Shown: positions 22,812 through 33,965 of the stretch, piece after piece
Layout of the letters: each line of letters begins with the position of its first letter
How positions within the stretch are numbered: position 1 is the first letter of the stretch
Assembly (NCBI RefSeq): GCF_001194135.2
Contig: NC_068989.1
Location: 65,555,441 to 65,589,687, forward strand
Length of the DNA: 34,247 bases
Direction: 5' to 3'
Source of the DNA: Octopus bimaculoides
Taxonomy: Eukaryota
Made by a program: the position numbers and the translations under genes
Notes under the pieces: generated by a model
Seen by the model: the letters and a program-made list of their open reading frames with translations, nothing else
What the model was told of the DNA's origin: nothing
The model's database searches: none

Positions 22812-23168
22812 GAAAATATATATGGTTTTTGATTTATCTACTTCCTTCTATCTACACTACGGAAACACTGAAATATGTACCAAATCATATTGGGATCGAC
22901 ATAATAAACTAGGAGAACTACAAAAGAGATATTCCTGTATGACCGAATTCCAATGACTTAAGCCAGGTAAAGTAGCATATGATAACTAAGAATGTCCTAG
23001 ATCATAGATCCACCTTTTGATTCCTATAAGATCACTCAATATGCTGTTTTGCGTTTGCTCTATGAAGCATGTAGTTACGCATCTTACGTTATGATTAAAA
23101 GAACTTCGCTTTTCTTCGGAAATCCTGTTTTTTTTTCTTTTTGCTTCTTCTTTTATTTTCCTACGCAT

Positions 23169-23591
23169 GTGCACAAGTGGTCTGATAACATTTCCGCCCG
23201 AAACTCCCGTATTCAATCACGTGTGAGTGCCCCGCTTAGCGATGTGCACGTACATACACCCACAGAGAGACATACATGCATACATACCTACGTATATACA
23301 TACATACATATATATATATATATANNNNNNNNNNNNNNNNNNNNNNNNNNNNNNNNNNNNNNNNNNNNNNNNNNNNNNNNNNNNNNNNNNNNNNNNNNNN
23401 NNNNNNNNNNNNNNNNNNNNNNNNNNNNNNNNNNNNNNNNNNNNNNNNNNNNGTGCACAAGTGGTCTGATAACATTTCCGCCCGAAACTCCCGTATTCAA
23501 TCACGTGTGAGTGCCCCGCTTAGCGATGTGCACGTACATACACCCACAGAGAGACATACATGCATACATACCTACGTATATACATACATAT
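23169..23591 (+). repeat. ~139-bp exact direct duplication flanking an N gap (23169-23307 and 23453-23591)
   Basis: Identical GTGCACAAGTGG...CATACATACATA on both sides of the gap; probably a contig overlap. Confidence 0.9.
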
Positions 23592-23594
23592 TTA

Positions 23595-24008
23595 TAGACG
23601 CAGCGTAGCTGTGTGGCAAGAAGCTTGCTTCCCAACCACATGGTTCCGGGTTCAGTCTCACTGCGTAGTAAGGGCCAGTATTTTCTATTATAGCCTCGAG
23701 CAGATCAAAGCCTTGTGAGTGTATATGGTAGACGGAAATTGAAAGAAGCCGATCGTATATATATGTGTGTGAGTGTGTGTGTGCGTGTGTGTGTGTGTGC
23801 ATGTGTGCATGTGTGTGTGTGTGTGTGTGTTTGTCCTCCCACCGTCGCTGTTGGTGCGTTTACATCCCCGTAACTTAGTGGTTCGGCATAAGTAACCGAC
23901 AGAATAAGTACTAGGCTTACAAAGAATAAGTCCTGGGGTGGATTTTTTCGACTAAAGGCGGTGCTTCAGTACGGTCACGATGAAATAACTGAAAGAAGTA
24001 AAAGAATA
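23595..24008 (+). mobile_element. Full-length family D SINE with an internal (TG)n microsatellite
   Basis: tRNA-like head TAGCTGTGTGG...CCGGGTTCAGTC, body to GAAAGAAGCCGATCG, a (TA)/(TG)n array at about 23757-23830, then TTTGTCC...AATAAGTACTAGGC...ACTAAAGGCGGTGC...ACTGAAAGAAGTAAAAGAATA. Partial copies lie at 20486 and 26604. Confidence 0.85.
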
Positions 24009-24027
24009 TGTGTATATATATATATAT

Positions 24028-24095
24028 ATGGGAGAATATACAAAAAATAACAACAGACGAGGACAGGTGGTGTAAATAACAAAAGTATATATTAG
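24028..24095 (-). mobile_element. Fragment of the small repeat also seen at 32560-32670
   Basis: ATATATGGG...AGGTGGTGTAAATAACAAAAG resembles ATATATGGG...AGGTGGTGAAACAACAAACAAAAG at about 32557-32600. Confidence 0.4.
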
Positions 24096-24128
<33 letters not shown>

Positions 24129-24864
24129 GCACATATGTATGCATATATGTATAAACATACATATATACGCATGAAAGCACATTCATGTATATATATATAT
24201 ATGTACACTTACCAGGCATACAAACACTATTAATGATGAATACTTGCATAAGATTGATATACATTATCACCAATGAGTGCTCAAACAGATCTACGTCTTA
24301 AACTCTGAATCCTTCACCCTGTTGCGATAGTCCAGAATTAGAAATGTCGGATGGAAGAAAGTTCGAAATCCAAACCTTCTCTATTTTGTCACTATATATA
24401 TATATTTATATATGTATTTATACACACACACACACACACACACAATTTGAACTGACACTCCGAAACTGTTAACGTGGACCAAGTTCGTGGGGTTAAAAAG
24501 TGGCTACAAGAGGAATCCAACTGAGCAGATATGGAGATAATGATGCAAGTAAATAAATTATCTCCAAATCTACTCACCTGGATTCTTTTTATAGCTACTC
24601 ATTACCCAACGGATTCGGTCCGCGGTAAAGATTTCGGCGTGTAAGTTTAAAATATCTGGGCGCTACCATTTTTTGTTTTTTTATATATATTGAGCATCTC
24701 TGAATCTCATCTGTTAACTATGTACACACACATACACACATTCATACAAACACACACATACGAGTATACATATATATACAAACATTCACATCTATACATA
24801 TACATATATCCTCTACATTGTCAGTAACGGATACAAACTACAATAACACTGAATATATGCTGCT

Positions 24865-25244
24865 GTTGGCACTCCGTCGCTTACGACGTCGAGGGTTCCA
24901 GTTGATCCGATCAACGGAACAGCCTACTCGTGAAATTAACGTGCAGGTGGCTGAGCACTCCACAGACACGTGTACCCTTAACGTAGTTCTAGGGTATATT
25001 CAGCGTGACACAGTGTGACAAGGCTGACCCTTTGAATTACAGGCACAACGAAACAGGAAGAAAGAGTGACAGAAAGTTGTGGTGAAAGAGTACAGCAGGG
25101 TTCGCCACCATCCCCTGCCGGAGCCTCGTGGAGCTTTAGGTGTTTTCGCTCAATAAACACTCATAACGCCCGGTCTGGGAATCGAAACCACGATCCTACG
25201 ACCGCGAGACCGCTGCCCTAACCACTAGGCCATTGCGCCTCCAC
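24865..25244 (-). mobile_element. Full-length family C2 SINE with a 14-bp target-site duplication
   Basis: Minus strand GGAGGCGCAATGGCCTAGTGGTTAGGGCAGCGG...GTGGTTTCGATTCCC. TSD AACACTGAATATAT (24845-24858) versus AACACTGGATATAT (25245-25258), one mismatch. Confidence 0.9.
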
Positions 25245-26603
25245 AACACTGGATATATAGATTTGAGTAAATACTCAGTCATCCTTACATAAAAAAATTT
25301 AATAAAAATAGAAAATGCACAGAAGAGAATGAGCACGTGAGTAAGTATGTGAGATAAGTGTTTGGTTGAGTAATAATACTAACAGACAGAATATGTATCC
25401 ATTTGAGTAGCTGGGTATGTCAAAGGCTCGGAGAGCGAGTGGACGGTTGTAAATGACAGTATTATACCATATGTTGGGTCTTAGAAACTGCTTTGTAAAC
25501 TGCCTTCAGCTGAATTTTGACCTGGCACAGCCATCACACTATTTCTGCCGTAGTCAAGGAAACTTCTTTGAACTTAAACCTCCTCAAATAAGATCTTCTC
25601 GAAAAGTATATTATCTCGACTTTCCCATTATATTTTACAACCAAACGTCAGTCTATTTCTTGGGAACATTATTCATTTTATCTCCGTTCTTCAGTTCGTA
25701 TACCTCTTTCTTAACGCAAACTGCAACTGTACATATGTCTTCAACACGACCCTTACACACATCAGAAAAGGGAGATCAAACGAATATTTAATGTTTCACA
25801 ATATTAATGTAAAAATATGCTTTATCTCAACAGAAAAATTCGCTTTGCATCTATTCCTTCGAACGCCAGCTGCAAGCACCTGCTAGTTTCTTGTCGCTAG
25901 AGATAGCTATTTCATTGTAATGTTTCCTGTAGATGGCGAATTTTTTTAAATGCTGTCCAAACTACAGTAGCTATACGATTCAGCTTCTTTGCAATGTTAA
26001 AATTTACACTGGCTATCTTCATTCATTCATAATGAAACACTTTTTTAAAACTTAACGAACAAAGATTAGTCGAAGTATGGGAAGAGGATTACATATTACC
26101 AATGATTTCCAGTAGTATAAAGTGCGGGGAATTAAAGATGTAGTAGTTTACTAAATAAAGAGACTGCTTGCGATAAGACACGCTTATTTTTTTTACCGAA
26201 CATAGAGTAATTCACACTATCGGAGTTATTTCAAGAGCTTCATTTTGACATCAAAATATTAAAATGCTGATACGTCTGCTGTGAAAATAATGTGATAGTA
26301 ATGTTTTTAATTAACCCCAGGATAGACAAAAGCAAAGGCAATAGCTTAGGGGATTGGATGTGGTAAAATATGTGGTACTTAGAACAATAAAATATTTTGT
26401 TTTCAAAGGAAATATAAAAATATTATCAGCATTGAGTGAATCCCAATATGGAAACGAAGTGGATTTTGTATGTACACCAGCATGAGTGAAACACATTTAA
26501 TTTGATATGCATGCATATGCACATATACATAGATAAATACATATATACACATAAAGTCATATACATAAATACACAAACACACACACACACATACATTCTT
26601 TCA

Positions 26604-26668
26604 TTCTTTATTTGTTTCAGTCATTTTGACTGTGGCCATGATGGAGCACTGACTTTATTCGAACAAAT
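26604..26668 (-). mobile_element. 3' fragment of a family D SINE
   Basis: The minus strand TCGAATAAAGTCAGTGCTCCATCATGGCCACAG...ATGACTGAAACAAATAAAGAA matches the 3' end of the 23595 copy. Confidence 0.7.
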
Positions 26669-28327
26669 TTTGTATGTTTGTATGTGTTTGTATGTGTGTA
26701 TGTGTGTGTTTAAGTCTGTGTGTATGTATGTATATGTGTTTACGTATGTTTGTATGTGTGCTTGTATATATGTATGCATGTCTTCTGACGTTCTCGAAAT
26801 CTAATTAATGTTTCGAGGGAATTTTATTATTATTATTTTTATTTTTATTTTTTTGCAGAATAAGCGGTTGATTCGAGCTTTTGTCAACACAACTTTTCAT
26901 TATTTCTTGTTAGGTTCTCTATAACAACCGTAGCTTACTGAAACTATAGCGAATCTTAATCTTTAAAATATTGACTATGCTAGTGTCGGAATTTGCAGTA
27001 ATCATAATATCGAAACTTTTAAATGAACTAATTAAATCTTCTCTAAATTTTTCTTTATGAGCTACGATTAAATCATCATCCCTGCATAATACTAATTCTA
27101 TAAAATTAAATTGTGAAAGATGATTGTCGAAGAAAAAAAAGAAGAGAATAAATGGAAACTACAGATTTCAACTTAATTGACGCAGAGGATAGAGACATCG
27201 AAAAGCTGGTAGGCCTTATCTAGAAGAAAAATTGAAAAGCAGAAGAGATTTTCTAAGGATGTATAATAATATACGTAGTTGTGGCCAAATTATAATGTCT
27301 CCTTAACATAGTTCTGTATAAGAACGCTAAATTTCAACGATGTCAAATTTTGCGATTTCGCAATTACGTTCGTTGAGTAAATTGTCAAAGCAACAGATTA
27401 CAGAGGAACTGGTTTTACCAGAGAGGCCGTTTAGTAGATTGTATACAATACAAACATATTTAGTATCATTAATTGCATCTTGTATGATTTTGTTAATTAT
27501 ACCTCGTTCACTTTTAGCAGTATTGATAAGTTCTGTTTAGGTCTTGTAATGTAATGTGTGAAGGCTTGGTAGATAAGCATTCTTTTCTCTCGTTCATCTT
27601 ACTGTGCGAGGCTAATCGCTTTACTGATTTGCTACTACGGATGTAAGTGTTAATTTTAGTTTCATGCAAGTCTTTGCAGTATTACGAAAAGTGAGTTGTT
27701 TACACACTCTTCCTCAACCTTATAAATACTTTTCGTAGAATTCGAAACGGCATTCAATTTTATAGATTTAGAAAACTGTAACACAAGTTATTTTTATATT
27801 TATATGGTCCAATTCAAAGACATCTAATATGTAATCTGTGACAGATATTTTACCTGGAATCCAAATTATTTCATATTATATAATCGTTAAAAGGATGCAT
27901 TTCCATAAACGTACGTTTTCCAACACATAGGCTGTTTTACTTTTCTTTCTTTTCCCCCCAATAACCTTACATTTATAAATATTCCTTGGTGACAAGCATG
28001 TTTAATGCGTATAGTAAAAATGTGCTTTGCTATTCTTTATTGTTGATCTCCAACAAAACAATCGAATACTTCAATCTATTGTAGTTTCTGGGATTTGAGT
28101 TTGTAGATAGATATAACTATATATTTACAGAGAACGCAGAACATATGTTGAAGCAAACATGAGTAAAACTCAATAAATTAAACTACATATATATATATAT
28201 ACACACAAACACACATATATATATATATCGAGGATGTATGTATATGTATATGTAAATATATGTATGTGTGCTTGTGTGTGTTTGCATATATTGATATATA
28301 TTGATGTACACATACAGTCACAAACAT

Positions 28328-28330
<3 letters not shown>

Positions 28331-28395
<65 letters not shown>
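28331..28395. repeat. (CA)n(TA)n microsatellite
   Basis: Direct reading. Confidence 0.95.
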
Positions 28396-28396
<1 letters not shown>

Positions 28397-29204
28397 AGTG
28401 TATTTGTCCTCCGACCAGAGGAGCCCTAAGAAATGCTGTATGACAAACATTTTTGTGAATAGTGACCCCATCGGAAACCAAGGCCACGAAATAAGAACTG
28501 AAAGCATGGCAAATATAGGAGGTCAATTGGGAAAGCAATGCCTGTTATCGCCACTAATGGATGAAGCAAGTAAAGAAAAGAATAACTGTTTTTTTTTATT
28601 TTAAAAACATGCATTTTCCATACAAAGTTTAAACTAGCTGCTCGAAAGTGTACGCCAATTATAGTGAATGGACGAAGCTTGGTCTACAATATCTGCGAAC
28701 GGGTGAGTTTTCAAAGGGATGGACTTATTAGTCATCAATGCAGTCACAAGTGTACAGTATAATTGTACCTCAATGCACAATGTTCTCAATGGTCAGTGAT
28801 GTTCTTCGTTGGTCACGAGCGGACAGCTATCATGTGTGTGTGTATATATATATATATATACATAAACAATAAATTAAATAGAGAAATACAATTGACAATG
28901 TAACAATTTATATGTATTGTAGTATAAAATAATATAATATAAATATAAGATAAGATAAAAAAATTATTAAAAAATCAAAAATGCCAACAATTTGTTTCAA
29001 CTTCTATACATTATTTGATTTATAAACAATTCATATCCATGTATACAAGTCTCTTCAGGGTTTTGGTTTAAAAAGACAGACGAAATTCCATGTAAGGTGT
29101 CTGCCATATTATACAGACAAGAGGGTAATATTTCGAACGCAGTATAGCCATAAAAACAGCAGAAAAATTGGGGATTATTACCCTTATAATTTGGCGGAGG
29201 TCGT

Positions 29205-29273
29205 GGGCAGCTTTGTTTAATGGTAGAATACCCAACCGGTATCCGCGGGGTGCGGATTCGAGTTCCGTTGCTT
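29205..29273 (+). pseudogene. tRNA-like relic (tRNA pseudogene or isolated SINE head)
   Basis: Acceptor GGGCAGC/GTTGCTT (with G-U pairs), D-loop-like TAATGGTAGAA, and a 5-bp T arm GCGGA-TTCGAGT-TCCGT (one G-U). The anticodon arm does not pair, so no identity is assigned. Confidence 0.4.
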
Positions 29274-29984
29274 TCTGTTGACAACGTTCTTTCGTCTTAT
29301 AATACCCAATCTTCTTGCTGTTCTCACGTCTATATTGCGTTCGAAATATTACCTTCGTGTCTGCATTCGGCTCTTCTGAAACTAAAATAAAAAGTTTGTT
29401 TACATGTGTAAAGCTTGAAAGAGTGAATCAATAAAATCACTGTCAGTAATAGTCTTAAATTCATTTCTCATTCTATCGCTGATTTGTACCGAACTGCTAG
29501 GTTAAATGGAAACAAACAAACCAGGATTGCTTGTCCAACACTGAAAGAGAATTACGTAGATGTATACTCGCATGTATTTGAATGTGTGTGGTTGTGTGCG
29601 CGAGTGTAAATAAGAATACATCTATATAATTCTTTCTTTCAGCGCTGGACAACCGGTCTTTGTCTTCTTGTTCCATTGGCATTCAATAATTAATATGTGT
29701 GCATATGTGTATGTCTATAAGTATACACATATTTATATTCTTACATACATATATGCGTATCTGTGTACTGTATGTCTGAATGAAAACACACATACACACA
29801 CAAACACACATACACACACACATATGTATACATATGTGCATGTATGTATATATATGTTTGTGTGCGGTTGCATGTGTTTGTCTATTCCCATACAATCATG
29901 GAGAAACAAACTGATATTCCGAGATTGAATCTGTGATCGATAATGACACATGCAAAAAGAAATGAGAGCTAAAGGGAGAAAGAG

Positions 29985-30009
29985 ATAGAAGAGAGAGAGA
30001 CAGAGAGAG

Positions 30010-30052
<43 letters not shown>
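29985..30052. repeat. (AG)n microsatellite
   Basis: Direct reading. Confidence 0.95.
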
Positions 30053-30058
<6 letters not shown>

Positions 30059-30529
30059 TGAAGAGAAGAGAGAGAATGAAAGGCGAGAGTGAAACAAAAA
30101 AAGGGGTGAGAGAAACAAAGAATGGCATTCGTAGGTAGGAAGTGAAAATATTTGTAGACAAAGAAGGTTAGGTCGGAGCTGGAGCTGGAGCTGGTGCAAT
30201 TGATTGTCTAGATTATGATAAGGTAATAGTCGCCATTTTCAAGCAGAATCACTGTTCCTAGGATTCTGCTAGAGCATTCCACCCGCTGCTTCTTTATTAG
30301 TCATATGTTCAGACACTAAGGCAAGCTGCATGTTCATATCAGAAACCAGCCCAGCCCAACCCGGTTCAGGTCACCCCCCAGACCATCTCCGACGCAGTCG
30401 AGACAAGCTTGGTATTGGTTGGTGATGCATCAAATATATTCCCAAGGCGATCACAAAGATGCCACTTAATTTCAGTAATATGAGAGATGCTACTGTCCTC
30501 CTATATATTGATTACATGCATATGTATAT

Positions 30530-30577
30530 ATTCATACATGCATACATACATACATATATACATACATATATACATAC

Positions 30578-30622
<45 letters not shown>
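30530..30622. repeat. (TACA)n(TA)n microsatellite
   Basis: Direct reading. Confidence 0.95.
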
Positions 30623-30625
<3 letters not shown>

Positions 30626-31075
30626 TATTTATTATATAAGATATATGCTTAGTAAAATATAATATATATAGTATATTGAGTATATATAATATATGACATA
30701 TGCTCTATGTATATATGTGTGTGTATGTGTGTGTGAGTCTACAGGCTTATGTATTACAGTTATCTATATACAAATACAAAAGCAGCCACAATACGGACAC
30801 ATACATGTGTATATATATTTCACAAACAAGTACACATATGCTTACACATACACACACACACACACATAGATATATAGATATGCATACTTCCCTAGATACA
30901 AAAGCATATATACATGTATATACATGTGCGTGTCTGTATATGTATAATATATATAGATGTGTGTGCGTGTATATATATATTTATTGACTAAACTGGCAAC
31001 CTGACCATCCCTAAATACAACAATATCTGTGTCTCTGTTTCAACACACGATTTCACATCAAGAATCTTGCAAAAC

Positions 31076-31113
<38 letters not shown>

Positions 31114-31340
31114 NNNNNNNNNNNNNNNNNNNNNNNNNNNNNNNNNNNNNNNNNNNNNNNNNNNNNNNNNNNNNNNNNNNNNNNNNNNNNNNNNNNNNNN
31201 NNNNNNNNNNNNNNNNNNNNNNNNNNNNNNNNNNNNNNNNNNNNNNNNNNNNNNNNNNNNNNNNNNNNNNNNNNNNNNNNNNNNNNNNNNNNNNNNNNNN
31301 NNNNNNNNNNNNNNNNNNNNNNNNNNNNNNNNNNNNNNNT

Positions 31341-31483
31341 GTATCAATGCCTCACGCTATCGAGGGACTAAATAAGTAAAAAAAACTACCAAAAATAAGC
31401 AACATATTTACCGGTAAATATGTTGCTTATTTTTGCTAGTCTTTTTACTTATTTAGTCCCTCGATAGCGTGAGGCATTGATAC
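31341..31483. repeat. Spacerless near-perfect palindrome (arms 72 and 71 bp)
   Basis: Centre ...AACATATTTACC|GGTAAATATGTT.... The arms differ by two substitutions and one indel. The left arm abuts an N gap. Confidence 0.9.
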
Positions 31484-31794
31484 ACAGTTAATGCCCTTTA
31501 TATATAATATATATATATATATAGATATATATATGTGTGTGTATGTGTGTATGTATTTCTATGAACTACATTCTACGTGATAAGTTTATAGGGTAGCATA
31601 TGCATTGTAAAAGTTAAAATTCTTGCTTAAGATTCTTTATATACATAATTGTGTGTATATGTTTTCTCTGTATCTACTTACTTGTATAAGTATACTATTT
31701 CAGGAAGTTTTACATCTACCATGCATAAACACAGCCTATGTTGTTTATAAGCTGAGCTGGCTGGCCGAGTGAACACCCATGCACGCGCGCGCTA

Positions 31795-31830
<36 letters not shown>

Positions 31831-32412
31831 TTATAGAGAGATCGATTGAAAGGTAGACTGATATAGACGTCTATCACGCACGTAGGTTAGTTTTTGAGAA
31901 TCACTTCAGTTTGTGCTAAAATTGGATATGTATTGACTCTCTTTTGAACTCCAGTGATATCAAAGTCTCACAATAATATAGTAAGAACATGGCGCACTTT
32001 CTAATAATCTACGGCTGTTTAATAATGATCACAGTCGCATGAACAATCGGGAATGATTCTACTTTTACTACACTTCCCAATATCCCACGATCGAAAAATA
32101 GTTGTATGAAATCGTAGTGGCCATAATTGTACCAACTGCCGCAACAAAAAGACTGTCTTGTATTTTTGCTCCCGAGAAGCCGGGGCCTTGGCTTGCAAAA
32201 CGAAGGGCGAAAACCGTACCTTCAGAACGCATTTCCTAGTGACACACGCAACTACTATACAATTTCCTGCACTCAAAACGTTTGAGGCTTTATAAATTAC
32301 AAGAAGAAAACAAGTTGAGATGGACACACAACAAATATCGTACTTTAAAATGAGAATAAAATGTCTAAGGTAAGTCTGTATGTGCAAATACGTAAACACA
32401 TTTGCACACGCA

Positions 32413-32413
<1 letters not shown>

Positions 32414-32484
<71 letters not shown>

Positions 32485-32520
32485 ACTCTCTCTCTCTTTC
32501 TCTCTATCTCTCTCTCTCTA
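32414..32520. repeat. (ATCT)n followed by (CT)n microsatellite
   Basis: Direct reading. Confidence 0.95.
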
Positions 32521-32559
32521 TATATATATGTGTTTGTGTATACACACACACACATATAT

Positions 32560-32670
32560 ATATGGGTAAAGTGTAAAGGTGGTGAAACAACAAACAAAAG
32601 CATGAATTTCAAGCTCTGGATGAAAGGAAACGTCTTCGGCATTTCCAGCCTACGCTCTTCGACAGAAAGA
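32560..32670 (-). mobile_element. Small repeat carrying a degenerate hammerhead-like motif; possible Penelope-like end
   Basis: Minus strand CTGTCGA-A-GAGC-GTAG-GCTG-GAAATG has the same core-A-stem II-GAAA layout as the family A tail. A related fragment lies at 24028-24095. Confidence 0.4.
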
Positions 32671-32930
32671 AAAGAGAGGATATGTGTGTGTATAAATATA
32701 TATACATATATATATATACATACATATAAATTATGCACGTCTATACTGGATGCGCCACAATAACGAAATGGCGATTGAAAACAGCTTCTTATGAAAAGGG
32801 GAGATAACTTCAAGAATGAAGAATGCTCGCAAAGTAGACAATAATATGAACGTGATATGGGAATTGAAGCGCTAATGACAGACAAATTTTGTCTCCTACG
32901 ATCTATGTGTATGCTCTTATGTATCGAGCG

Positions 32931-32974
<44 letters not shown>

Positions 32975-33005
32975 GATAGCACCTATATATATATATATAC
33001 ACACA

Positions 33006-33965
33006 CAAGGTGCAGTGAATAAATTGTCGTCTAAATTACGCAAAAATGAAAATATCACTGACATCTCATTTTAAAAGATATTTACCAAAATTATATTTAA
33101 AATATCTTGAAATATTAAAGAGTAAATTCATTCAATAAAATCACCATTTGCTTTAACTACGACTGCCAGACGACTTCGAAACCTGTAATTCTTCTGGACG
33201 GTCTCCTTATTTAAGTTGGCGAATGCTGCTATAATCCTTGACTTCAGTTTATCTTTGGTGTTACAAGGAGCTTGTGTTACAAGCTCTCTTGTTCAGCTGC
33301 GCACCAGACTCATTAATCAAGGGGTTTGGAGTGTGGGGAGTTAGGTGGCCAGATGTCAGGGGGTGATGTGGTCACAGAAATTGTTTGACAACCATGACTG
33401 GGTTCTCTTGCTTCTGTGGTGCAGAGTCCTGTTCCCAGACATAGGGTCTTCGAGCAGCCACCCACTTGACCCAGGGCAGCACTAACTCTTCTAGTCACTT
33501 GATGTAGCACCCCCCTGTTGAGACTAAGGTCATGTGGGAAGATGGATGGAGGCATAACTTCGCTATCACATGTGATCACTCTAAGCATCATGATGTTGAT
33601 TGGATGTTTGATTTTTATCACTCTCATTTCATGTTTTGGAGACACGGCAAGCCAATGGACGTTCTATGTATTCACCATCCGATGCTGACAGAAATGTTTC
33701 TCTTCTGAGAAAAATGAAAAGCATGTTTGGTTGGAGGAGATGCTTGAGTTTGTTCAAAATCTTCGTGCTGCGGTCTTTCTTCTTGTCCTTGACGGCTTGG
33801 CATAAAAATTGGCCCTTTCTCATCCTCTGTGAGGAATACCGAATGTCTTCATGCACCACCTACCTGCTAAGAAACTCAGACACTTCCATGTCCCTGTAGT
33901 TGGACCTGATTGATTTGGAGAGATCGTTGTCTTTCATTGCCTGGATCTCACTCAAACCCATCCGA
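33006..33965 (-). mobile_element. Tc1/mariner transposase pseudogene (DD37D/maT-like) with right TIR
   Basis: Across frameshifts the minus strand gives EIQAMKDNDLSKSIRS...VHEDIRY...RKGQFL...KLKHLLQPNML-FSEEKHF (first D decayed)...KHPINIMM...MPPSIFP...PYVWEQDSAP (second D)...WPPNSPHSKPLD (third D)...LAVVVKANGDFIE*. TIR CAAGGTGCAGTGAATAAATTGTCGTCTAAATTA starts at 33006. DD37D spacing is inferred from the motif style; this copy has an indel there. Confidence 0.9.

Noticed and set aside
23180-23210. CTGATAACATTTCCGCCCGAAAC as a hammerhead
   Set aside because: No stem II or stem I pairing, and G8 is missing.
21526-23591. Exact direct repeats as real tandem duplications or LTRs
   Set aside because: They are 100% identical, sit at N-gap edges and end in (TA)/(TACA) repeats, which is typical of unmerged contig overlaps.
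25453-25791. 112-aa ORF
   Set aside because: No recognisable motif, composition typical of random AT-rich frames, no splice support.
27150-27540. Short protein-like frames (METTDFNLIDAEDRDIEKLVGLI* on plus; TELINTAKSERGIINKIIQDAIND... on minus)
   Set aside because: Under 70 codons, bounded by stops and with no family recognised.
30150-30460. GC-richer non-repeat block with (GGAGCT)3 after the (AG)n array
   Set aside because: No consistent ORF, splice sites or repeat match; function cannot be supported from sequence alone.
32019-32399. 126-aa minus-strand ORF
   Set aside because: No domain signature; more simply the antisense of a GC-richer non-coding block.
2102-32763. Many 60-360 aa ORFs rich in CV, YI, HT, MYVC, poly-L/Y/N or X
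   Set aside because: They are translations of microsatellites or N gaps, not genes.
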